Below, piece after piece: positions 25,018 to 36,606 of a DNA stretch of 64,000 nt. The notes beneath the pieces were generated by a model. The model had not been told where the DNA came from. It was given only the letters and a program-made list of their open reading frames with translations, and made no database searches. Origin of the DNA: Phoronis australis (lineage: Eukaryota; Animalia; Phoronida); the NCBI GenBank assembly GCA_002633005.1, contig NMRA01000789.1, positions 80,398 through 144,397 on the forward strand, in the 5' to 3' direction. Each line of letters opens with the position of its first letter. The stretch's first letter is position 1. The position numbers and the translations under genes were made by a program.

Positions 25018-26604
25018 TCCTTGTAGTCCAAGTCAAAATTTAGTTTTTGACAAAAAAATGTTTATAGCAGTTTCAGTAAGTCAATGTTTTAAATAAGTTC
25101 ACAGCCATATTTTCATTAGGAGTTCAAAGTTCAGAGAAGCTGGACCTTTCTACTTAATAAGTTTTCGCATCAACTAAAGGTTTTCACCCTCCAGGGAAAA
25201 CCGGATATTAAAGTCAACCATAGCATGCTTTTGCATTAAGCTAGGCCATCCCGTTGCCAAGTCAAGACAGAACGCGAAAACAGCTTGTCAATGAAAACAC
25301 TCGATTATTTTACATTTTTGTACTTTGAAAAGGTTGTATGAATAGGACCTGTTGCTTGATCATTTAAACTGCACAACAGATCAGTGTACATTTCACTTTG
25401 TCATTACCTAATGTGCAAACATTTTGTACATGTATCCAAATTAATGCATAGTTGTCAAAATATTGTTTTGCCTAAAAGGATGCTAAACTCTGTTTTGGTA
25501 ATTTCAACCAATCCTCATTCTATCACTGCTAATGCATCATGGGCATTCCACAATGCACAATGCAACTAAAAACTCGTACTTTCTTTGTCACAGATAGCAT
25601 ATTATGGTTCTTGGTAAGTGGGCTGTCCCTACAGTGGTTGTATAACTCGCCTAAAGCGTAGGTCACGCTTAACCGTTTAGCAGACTTTGCATGGAATTTT
25701 CAAATTTTCCTGGAAACATTTGAGGGTTGTCGTGGGTTACAGAGCATTACTTTGTGTCAGAGAACTAGATGGGAATGTCGTTTTCAATATCTGTTCATTT
25801 GCGTCTTGCACATAACCGTGTAGACCTAAGATTCATTCATAGGCGTAGGAAGACTAGTGCCATGGCAGAGACTAGATGGCTCCGATCTACTCTAGTTCAT
25901 GATTGGTAACTGAAATGATGCAGAGTAGCTTAGCAACAAAGGCTGGTCCTCCCAACAAGGGCACGGATTGGTCCCTTCATCATAATAATTCTTTTCATTT
26001 GAATTATATGTTGATGTACACTGGTTAACAGCAACACATTCATAACCACACTGTTTGCACATGCTGTACTAGTGTTGGTAAATAGTAAAAGCACAGCACT
26101 GAAGCAACACCTATCAGGCTAGTCAGCTCACATGACTTTCCAAATAAGGAAGTCAATACAACTGAAAACTTGACTATATTGTCGGCTTGCACGAAGCCAA
26201 CCGAGTGCTGCAGGTTGGAATGAGGCTAAGGCACAGGTGGCCATGCCTTGTGAGTGCATATCTTTAACTGGTGGACCATTCTGAATACTTTGCATTTATC
26301 AATAAATAGGCGCCTCATTATATACTTTTTTATACCCAATAAGTCAAGTCCACTCACGTACTGTTTGAAAAAAACTTGCAGAGGTTTCACTCTTGAGTTT
26401 CACACACAGGCGCAAGCAACCAATTCTATATATGCGGTAGGCTCAGCTTCAAAAATAGGCGCACGGGCCTATTTCCAGTTCCAGATATGAACAGAGCTTC
26501 AAATAAAGGCACATGAGCTTACTTCCGGACATAGGCGTAGCTCCACCCTTAGGCCCATGGCTAAAAAATAGGCGCGCGTACAGTAGGAACTCCACAACAC
26601 CTAC

Positions 26605-26835
26605 CTCGCCTACTGCTGTGACCATTCATGGCCGACTCTGAGCAGTCTCGGAGTTGCTCTTCATCATCCTCAAACTCATTTAGGCTGACACCGCTTGAAA
26701 CACTCAGACGAGAGCCCACACGGTCGCCATATCCTTCGTTCGCAGGCGTGTACTGTTGGGGTTTGGGTGGGACAGGCGGGGCACGGGGTACGTTGAAGAA
26801 CTTGGGACGGGCGCTGGCCTGAGGCGTCGACGAGT
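26605..26835 (-). CDS. TANC: TANC linker exon (DSSTPQASARPKFFNVPRAPPVPPKP...NGHSSRR)
   Basis: Acceptor tttgtcatttccag, donor G|gtaggt; 231 nt, phase 1-1; GC-rich. Confidence 0.78.
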
Positions 26836-26978
26836 CTGGAAATGACAAAGAATAATACAGAGATGTTCTAATGACTGCAAACTTAAGCGAAAAATTATGG
26901 AGTTACCATCAACTAGTTACCATCAACTAATTACTATCTATCAATGCAAAACATCATTTATGGCGCCTATCTCGACCA

Positions 26979-27229
26979 GGGGCCCCATTTAGTGAAAGTG
27001 ACTTTTAAGTCTTAAAAGACTTCAGACAGAAACTTGGGAACATGCTTCCATTTCATAATTGTTCAAAACAAAACGCATTACAGTCTATAAATAATATGTA
27101 GAAAACATCTCACTAATCAGCAGCACTTTTACTCAAGTGAGACTTAATTATTTTTCAGAAATAGTTGTGTGGAGCGAAAGACTAAATTCATGTTTTAAGT
27201 CTTAAGTAACGTTTCTGGAAAGGGGCCAA
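26979..27229. mobile_element. MITE with GGCCC-type TIRs (Harbinger-like)
   Basis: ggccccatttagtgaaagtgactt vs aagtaacgtttctggaaaggggcc; internal ttaattatt.ttcagaaatagt..tgtggagcg is shared with 35076-35351. Confidence 0.65.
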
Positions 27230-27768
27230 AAGGGTCATAACACAGTCTACATAGAAACAGACTCACGACCAGTCATAAATTTTGCCATCTCAGTTTAGAC
27301 TCTGTGTAGAAAAAAATACTTCGTAACTTTACAACTAAAGTGAAACGGACCCCACTCGCGTAATACCTCAATCTACAAACACAAAGCTAAACTGCACTGT
27401 GAAACACAAAGTTTCAAAAACTTGCCATAGCAGGATACTCACTGCAGTTACCAATAGTGAAACTTCTAACCAAAATACTCTATGAAGACGCCCAGCTGGT
27501 TAACCATCATTGTCTCTACCAAGTAAATCATTCTGAGTAAAGAAACAACACATTCACTTATCCCAGGTATAGGTGTGGTCACTGGACTGGAGTCAATCTT
27601 GTTGAATTTGAAAATGGTGGCATCCAACAGACGGTGAAGGAAAAAGACTACCTTATATGCTGTTAGCACTTTCACTGGCAACAGGTTCATGACTGAAACA
27701 AGCTATGCAGGTCAAAACAATAAGGAATGTGTCCTAAGTACATCAAGGGTAAAATGTGCGTGTGCCTA

Positions 27769-27782
27769 GTTTCCATGGCAAC
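27769..27782. promoter_or_regulatory. RFX X-box consensus match
   Basis: GTTTCCATGGCAAC matches GTTNCCATGGNAAC; function untested. Confidence 0.4.
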
Positions 27783-30700
27783 AGCCAAGTAGTCTGGGGC
27801 ATGGTGGGTTTGAACAGAAACAAATAAAGCCATCCCAACAACCACCGTGGGTGATACTTCAATCATTTCATGGAATTTTGCGATGGAGTACCAACAATGA
27901 TGGCGTCAGTAGACAATTTCAACAGCAAGTTTGCCAACTTTTTGAAACAACATTTACAAAAAATGGGTCTGTCTGGTTTCAGAAAGCTACCTGACACATA
28001 ACTATTTTCATGCGTTTCCATGCCAATGAGTAGATAATGTCAGTCTAGACTAACAAGTCAAGACACCTCTACTTAAAATTACTTTCTTTTCGGACCAGGC
28101 ACTTGAAAAATGGCTAAAAGTGGATCACTTGATCAGATTCCAAAACATGGCATTTGATAGGATATTACCAGTAGCCCACCTTGAAATTAACCTTAGCAGT
28201 GAAATCAGTCAATATTCTCATTTATCTTGCACAGACAGCAGTAACAGTGAAATTTGTCATCTGTTAATGTTTCAAAGGCTGACAACTTTCCTGCCAATAA
28301 AGTTTTCCCTATGTTGCTGTATGCAAGCAGAGCAGGGGGTTTAGGGGGATTCGAACTGTCAACAGGGGACACTACCAGCAAAAAAGGTGTATCCAGAGTG
28401 AGTAAACCTTCGTCGGTAAAATCATAGATCCCACCAAGGTCTCGTTACACAAGTTATATGTACGATGGCAACAACAAAGTCGCACCATCATGAGGCGCGT
28501 TGCTATTGCTGAGCAATGAATTCAATGTAATACATCAAATAAACATATCCAGCAGTAAGTTTTGAAGTTTTGGGCAACCCAGCCCTGGACTAAGTAGAAA
28601 ATGAAGTGGACCTAGGACCCACTACACGACGCCAAACATTTTGATCGAAGCACTTTGGATAAATATTGCAAGTATTCTAGCTAAACCTCTTAAGGGAGCT
28701 ATGGACCAATTAGGAAATGAGTCTTCAATGGCTGTCAGGGTTTTTCTAGCTAAATCTTTTAATGGGGCTATGGACCAACCAATAGCATTCCATTACATAA
28801 CAACAAAACAGAAGAATGTTCTAAGCTACATCCAGGCAGAGTTACCAGGCTTTCAACAGCAAACCATGGCAGACAACAGAAGCAGATGACAAGCAGCAGA
28901 CAGAAGGATCAGCAAACTGAACATCCCTCTTGAGGCAATTTCTCAAAATAGCAACACAATATCAAACAAATTGGAACAAACTGCCAAGCAATCACGTAAC
29001 TATCAAGTTGAACATTTCATAGAGACACCGACACGGACACACACAGAGCAAGCAGCTTTGTGACAACATCTTTCCCATCAGGGAACGGAAGTCTTCAAGA
29101 TTCTTGCCTGGAAAAGTAGTTAAAATATCACCAACCCTCCACACACCAGCACGTCCATACTGCACAAATACAACATGAAGTTTTCACATAATAGCAACAG
29201 CCTACCCATGGCTTCAAATAGGTGTGTAACTTGTTCTTCCTATGTCCAGGTCTGTCAGACCACAGTCAGACTCACATACCTGACATCATCAACCAAAATT
29301 ACTTAATTACGCTTGCAGATTTCACTTGAAACACCCAAACAACATCACCGGCTGTGCAAAGATTCCTGCTAGAAAGGTCTAGACTTGAGGCCTTGCATAA
29401 ATAGAGCCTCACCAATAAGATGGAATGAACATTGAAATGTGCGCAGTAAGAGCTAAATGAATGTTTGAAGGATGGCAACAGATTTGATGAAAATGAAAAT
29501 ACACTGAAAGCTGTGCTCGGATCCGGTCGTTACTGCGTCGTCTTAATTTAACACAGACTAGGGCATAAACACAAGTGTAAACATTTGTATGTAATGAAAG
29601 TAAGTCCTTGCAAATTAAAAAATGACACAGACATTTGGAAAAATAATGACATAATGATGGTGAGCCAAACAAGCCACCACATCAGTTAATATAAGATACG
29701 ATAGCATTGCAACTACTTGCAATTTACATTAATTATATTTTCGAAATAATTCGATTCCAAAACCATCAAACACATTCCCCAATAATTTTGTCTGACTGGT
29801 ACAACCAGGCATGGCTTAAGTTAGTACCCGCCAGTAGGTTCGATTTTAGTAAGCATTTTTCTACTCCGCTACAAAACTCTAAAAATGCTTAATTTGTTTC
29901 TTTACAATTTACCGCTACTGTTAAAGCTACACTCCGTCCTGTTTAGCTGGCTAGAAAACAAAAAGTCTGCCTTTTACTCCCATAAATCCGTCTTATAATA
30001 TTCTCTACCACGATAGGATTCCCTTTCAGTTACCAGCTCAATTCACAGGCAATACCTACAAGCGCCATTTTCGAATTCACAATTTTAGGGTTGGCTGACC
30101 TCAATAAACTCTACAGCATTTTCTCGAGTCGCTGATAGTTATGATGTTCCTATTGGATAACAGAATCCTAACATAGTAAGGAGCACTATTAGATCAACTT
30201 TACAATAAGGTAAAAGGCTTAATTCAATTTCCATTTTTAGCCCGCTCAGGAGAGCAAAATGCACCTTTAAACTGGAAATGCAGTTTTCTCTTAACTCAAG
30301 GGACCAAAAGCCTACTCAAAATGTAAGAAAAGGCACATTAAGTTTGTCCAATTCACACCAAACGTCGTCACAAACATTGTTCAACATTGCAGTCTCTCGT
30401 TCTACACCCTTACACAGTGCCACAGTCCAACAGGATTGACACTGTAGAAAGACGACTCAAAACACACAGAAATCAGTGCCTCTATCTCAGTGTGCATGCC
30501 CTGGTTAGGCTGTTATTAGGAAACTAAAGGTCAAGGACTGAGACAAAAAAGTGGAGTGAATCTTTATATTGTTTCATTTGATGCCTTATTTTGAAGGAGT
30601 CACACACAACATTGTGTGTAATGCGTTGATTTAGTGTGTCATTATTGCAGCAATCATTTCTTATCTTCCACCCAATCACAATACTGGAGAGTTACATTAC

Positions 30701-31643
30701 AACCAATCGAACTATGCAAATATTGCTTCATTATCAGCCAATCAGATGACAGAATCACCATTTTTTGACAGAGCCATGGGCATGAGTGTATCTCTTCCGT
30801 CTTCTAAAGAAGTTTAGATCATCATTCGTGCCAGGCAGGTGTAATGAGAACATTATAGAAAGTTTCAACCAAACATTCTCCCACAATGGTAACAGCAAGG
30901 TGATGTTTTTCACAAAACGTGAATGGGAGGTGGGACAATCCATCAGAGACTACCCCTAGTGGTGGACAACTGCCAATGGAAGTGCTTCTAAGCAGTCCAA
31001 CAAATAAGCAAAGAAAGTGTGCTGTGGTTTTTGTGGTTGGCAGCTGCTGGGAAGGTTATAACATCAAATTGGATGAAAATGATTGGTACAAATTGAATAT
31101 AGTTAAGGAGTGTACTATACATTAAGTGAACATATTACGGTGGACTAACAACAGGAAACTTGCATTTGGAACGAACAAACAAGATTACTGACTGAAATTT
31201 GGAACAAAAACAATTGCTAAAATTGCCATTTTTCGATCATTCAAAGGTTTGCTATAACGCCGCAAATGATTCGGCCAAAGCTGCATTAAGAACAAAGCAC
31301 GCTAGAAGCACAAATAAATTTTCCAGAACAGTTACAGTTGTCAAGATATTTGACAAAAGAAATTTCACACGTCGCCATACTGCGTCTCAAGCTGAAGAAT
31401 TTTCATCTTATACCAATGCGAACACAATTAAACCAGGGGTATGTTCAGTAAGACTTAGTATCTTGCTAGCTTAGCGAGATCGCGCGAGACTTTGTGGGAT
31501 TTTGCAGCACATGACACGTGAAGCACGTGATCTAAAAAGTAGCTTTCACTTATTATTCGGGTCACAGTAAAGTCTCACCAACTCAAGACATAATATGACG
31601 GAAAAAGGAATTTTCTTTTTCTTTTTCATAGGTTAGTACCATA

Positions 31644-31709
31644 GCACCAAATAAAGGCCATTTATAATATCTGCACCAAATAAAGGCCATTTATAATATC
31701 TGCACCAAA
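31644..31709. repeat. 29-bp tandem duplication
   Basis: gcaccaaataaaggccatttataatatct x2. Confidence 0.85.
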
Positions 31710-32682
31710 GCTACCACCGCACACCCATGTTAGAATCCTTTGAAAAGTAAAAAAACAACAACAAACTTGGCCATTATTTTTGTTCGAAATAGGCGAGATA
31801 ATACCATATTCAACACGCGTCAGGACATCCACTGAAGTAATGCATCAGGTAAAAGACGTGAAAATGCACTCACAACAACACTGAGATTAAAAGGGTGGTC
31901 TTCAGAATGCAAAAAAACAACCAACACCACGTGAATAACATAATCAGCGGAAAATCGCTAACTAACCCATACCAAACCTGAGAAATTCAACACCAACCAC
32001 AAAAACAAAACTTCCAAGAAAAAAAACTTGCACCAGCACACACAAGCAGTGTCATCAACTTTGAGACTAAATTGTTAATTTTGAGGCGTTAGTTTACTGG
32101 CTCCAACATTTGTGGCTCACAGCATGTAATTCATCTGTCCCATGCCCTGATTAACTATTGCCAATTTCTACCAAAGTGGACATTTGTTCGCTTACAAACA
32201 CAATGCCACCAAATGTCTACACTTGGCTCACTGTGTTCTGATGAAATGCTTAATAGAGTTGCGTAATTGTATCTAGTGTAATGAGGTGCTCAAAACTCAC
32301 AAGGTGGCGCTAGTGAAACAATATATTTATCTGCATAAATGCATGCAATTAAGCGATTTCATTGGATCCATATCCGAGAATGCTGATTTATGATTTATGA
32401 GAATACCCTCTTGAGATTAAGAAGGTGTTCTATCTCTCAAAAATTAAAATCACTACACTTGCCAGTTTGTGGAACCGGATGTACCACGGCAATAGCCATA
32501 TTACCTAAACAACCCTCAATACACCCTTCACCACTTCAACATTTTCTATCAGTTTTCTAAGCAAGGAAACTATCAATCATTTACCAGGGTTCTCATGATA
32601 ATAGACACTCTTAATCACATGTTTACTATTCCTTCCAGTATTTACTACCAAGTGGTGCCATCTATTACCAACAAGTCCATAC

Positions 32683-32901
32683 CTCGACTTGTCAGCGGCA
32701 ACTGGGAGAAGTAGAGCGGCTTCGGCGATGTCTGTGTGGATATCTCAGTCATGGCGTAGTGAGGGTGGTACATATCGTGTGACTGGCGCACTGAGGTCAT
32801 GTGACCATTAGCTCTGGCCAAGGGCCGGACCGGAGGTCCTAGGTCGCTGCTCTGCCGAAGGTGCGCTAGCCCGTTCTGACCATTCTTCTGAGGAGAGTAC
32901 A
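32683..32901 (-). CDS. TANC: TANC linker exon (MYSPQKNGQNG...LARANGHMTS...LPLTSR)
   Basis: Acceptor tatctctcttcag, donor G|gtatgg; 219 nt, phase 1-1. Confidence 0.78.
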
Positions 32902-35075
32902 CTGAAGAGAGATAACGGGCGCTAGTGGTCAGTGGCGATGCACTGATTGACAAGGCCGACACATCACAATGGACAGTTTTATGGTCTCAGGAATAGCAAT
33001 ACAGTCAATACCAGTCAATATAACTTCTCTGAGTTAAAAAAGTGGACTTCATAATTTACGGATCAGATTTATTGGATAACCAGACTTGAGAGTGCCTGCA
33101 TAAATCAATCTGGCAAATGGTCGTAATCTGGTAACATGGCTAGACACAAATTTTCAAATTGGTATCGCATTATTACCTATTGGGTTGAACTAACTCCAAA
33201 GATGAAAATTAGTTGCGTCAAAAGTGTCTTTATAAAAACAAAAATCAAGCAATTCTTCACTGTCACTACTCTTGCTCAGAAACTTACCATGGCCCAGGTT
33301 TAATAAAAGTCCTTAAAATATACATGTTAACAAACACTAATACACCTGTCCACTGTCTGCTTTGATGCATTCTAATTCACCACAGACCAAAGGCAACATA
33401 AATTACTAAGTATTTTGATTATTTAGGTTTTGTTTTTATCAACTGCTTCCACTGACTGAGAGCACAAGCACAAAGTAGTTCAAATTAGAGGTCTCGTCAA
33501 AATCCTGGGCAATATCCAATAGAACAAAATATGATATGCCTAGAGGCTAACAACTTTTAAAATTTCAACACCACTTTCATTACCATGGATCCAGTACTTT
33601 TTTCCATAATCCAAATTCTTGTGAAGGAAGTCGAGGCTGGATTTCATGAGATAAATAATGTCAAAAGGAGGCGCATAAGCCATTCGAGCTTCACTACTTA
33701 ACGATTTTCAAAACCTTAAAGTTAAAGAACTGCCATCAGTTGTGGTGTTTTTGACAGCCGTCGCACATGAACACTGTCAGATTCCTCAGAGAGATATTAC
33801 GTCCAAAGAAGGTGCGGGGCAAATAGAATTTAACACCAGGTGGCACTGTGTGTTTTTGCGAGAAAAGCTTCCAAATGTTATTTCCTGCTCAAAATAGTTT
33901 TGTATCCAGCGCAATGTTAACATCCATGCAATCTACCGATTTCAACTTCGTCTAGCAGATACCAGACGGAGACAGTGGTTATGTTTTGTGCCTAGCCATG
34001 GAGTGCACAGATTACGATCCACAGAGGTCTTTACATCAACTGATACATCAAGGAACCCTCTTTTAGATGTGGCATGTCTTTCTTCTGTGGAATGTTAAAA
34101 CCTCTTTAGGGCCTTTCATACTAACATTGACGCATCGATGGTTTGGGGAGTTGCAGTGAGTATGAATGCTAAACTTTGGTCCTGGATCGAAGTTAAAAGC
34201 TCTAATTAACATCTCAGTTAACAGGTGGATTAAACAGCACAGCGTCGATGCTGCGGTGCAGTATGAATGGTCAACTTCGGTCCCATCGAAGTTATCGCCA
34301 GGTACCACTGTTATCGTCAACAATTTAAGGGTAGTATAGTCGCTGATAGTTGCTTAGATTTTGCTTGAATAATCACCAATCGAATTAAAAATAAGTTTTA
34401 TGTCAATTAGCACACGTAAATGTTCCCCAAATTGTCACATTAAAAAAATCTAAGTGTGCAGCGCTACCTTGAGATTTCTTTGATGACAACAACACCTACT
34501 ATTTACTTCGATGTTCCTTAACTACCAAAGACAGTATGAACGGTTTAGTTAACTTTGTAGTAAATGTCAACGCTCCGCTCCGCTTAGACTAGAGTTAAAT
34601 CAGTGTGAAAGGCCTTTTGAAATGAGGTCATTTGCAATGGAATTTGGATTAATGCTTTTGCGTATTTAGACTAACCAGGGTATCAGGATTCATGCTAGAA
34701 ACGTTATGTAATTTCTTTCTGCTGATATATCTGGAAGTTATCTAAAATTGGCATTCGCACCGATCAAAACTTATCCCCAAAATGAAAGAGGGTAAAGGTT
34801 ACAGAACATTACATCTGGGACTTCAAATAAAGTATATGTAAAAAAACCTGAGATAAGTCATGTTCCCACTTTGCTTGATGTTCTCGTGCTGTCACTCTTA
34901 ACACACACTTACGGCCACATGAATACGCTTCAGTCTATGTCATGTTTTATACGTATTTTCTGTGAAATGAATGCCACATAAAAGTTCACAAAGTAACGCA
35001 GCAGTAAACAGCGCAAAGCAATATTCCCTTTATCATAATATACACCAGCTAACAGTGAAATACATCTCTATATCT

Positions 35076-35351
35076 GGGACCTGTTTCATGAAAAATGACT
35101 CAAGAAAAACTTGGTTTTATGCTCCTACTTCGCAAATGCTGAATAAAGGTTTAGCCAAATAATTATGAGTGCACCACAGTCTAGAAATAATTTTTAATAA
35201 TTACCCAAATAACAAGCAGTTCATTGTAAATTCTAAGAGACTGCACTTTTGCTAAAGTGCGATTTAATTATTCTTCAGAAATAGTCATGTGGAGCGTACT
35301 TAAGTACGGAGCGTACTTAAATCTTAAGTCACTTCACATGAAACAGGCCCC
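35076..35351. mobile_element. MITE, same family as 26979-27229
   Basis: TIRs gggacctgtttcatg / catgaaacaggccc; shared internal block. Confidence 0.7.
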
Positions 35352-35392
35352 CCCCGCTGGTGATTTAAGAAAAGTTCAGTAGTCACACTCAC

Positions 35393-35572
35393 TTTCGGCC
35401 TCACACAGTGGACAGCTCTCATTGTGAAACATACACATGTAGCAACGCTCGTGGCCACACGAGTCCAGCAGAGGTCGCCGCTTGCCCTTGTCGAATGGAA
35501 TCTGGCAGGTAGGACAAACATCGTTGTACGGGGACTCCATGTCTGCTGTGGGGCCTAGGGCATCATGGAACT
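35393..35572 (-). CDS. TANC: TANC/rols RING-finger exon (MESPYNDVCPTC...CGHERCYMC...CPLC); candidate start ATG at 35540
   Basis: C3HC4 spacing C-x2-C-x15-C-x-H-x2-C-x2-C-x6-C-x2-C; acceptor ttttgcctttcag, donor gtgagt; 180 nt; frame also open 5' of the ATG. Confidence 0.88.
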
Positions 35573-35748
35573 CTGAAAGGCAAAACAAAGTGCGTTAAGA
35601 AACCATTGGCACACAAAAACAAAATTCCGTGTTTTTCTAAGAAAGATATCAACTCCATGTGCTTGTTTTAACAAGGCGGTGCGCCCTCATTGAATTCTTC
35701 TGACATTCTTGGCAGGAAACATAATATAATACAAATTAGAAGTAGCAT

Positions 35749-35808
35749 GGAATTGAACCCACTAGCTCTGCAGTAACAGCCGAGTGCCTTGCTGCTCAGC
35801 CAAATCAC
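35749..35808 (-). mobile_element. tRNA-derived SINE-like head
   Basis: Minus strand tggctgagcag (A-box-like) ... gggttcaattcc (B-box). Confidence 0.45.
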
Positions 35809-36521
35809 ACACAGAACATTTGTTTAATTGGTACACATTCCAGCCTTAATTTCAGTGAAAGTCTGGCACACAACAGCAATAATGTGTAACAGCTCTGGTC
35901 AAACTAATAACTTCAAGAATTCTATCCATACAACATTAATACCAATAATTTGTTTTGCATCCCTAAAAATCGATAACGTCCCTTTACTTCACAAGGACTG
36001 CATGAACTTGTATGGAACCGATGAATTCTATTCTGTAATTTATGAATTATATCCCATAATCCAACATTTCGTCCTCGCTGAACAATCACTTCAGCTGCCT
36101 CGATTTTGCTGAGTAACACCAATAAAGCCTATTCCATAATACTTGCATAAATCCCTTAATTTTCCCTTGCCTTGTATGACCTCACTTTCCTACCGCGAAA
36201 CCTGGTGTAAGGAATGCTAGAATGCTACCTCTGATTAATTCTTCCAACAAATGCAGGACGCAGTTGATACGGTAACAGGATAAACACATACAGCTCAGAA
36301 CACACCAGGTATTCATCCATTAAAAAACCCCTGAAACTCAACCAGTCAAAAACACAACCCCCCCCCCTCTGGATCTAAGATCAGAACAGTGATGGGTCAA
36401 CCCAGCACAGGGTGGTTAAGCCATTAACATCAAACCATGGAAAGAATATGGTGGATAGATGGAGAGACTAATTGAATTAATGAGTTCAGTAGGGGTTAGT
36501 GCCTACCAGAGTTCTATAACA

Positions 36522-36606
36522 TATAGACCAACGTATCCATGTACCCTCTTTGCCCTTCAGTGTTCTATATAGACCAACGTACCCATGTACCCTCTTTGCC
36601 CTTCAG
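36522..36606. repeat. Tandem duplication of about 45 bp
   Basis: atatagaccaacgta.ccatgtaccctctttgcccttcag x2. Confidence 0.85.

Larger units (their letters stand above)
727..35572 (-). other. TANC: Partial gene span of a TANC1/TANC2 / rolling pebbles-like protein (RING - linker - P-loop NTPase - ankyrin; TPR exons expected outside the window)
   Basis: 12 exons with canonical AG/GT ends and continuous phase. Family-typical peptides: [85 protein letters not shown]. Confidence 0.95.
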
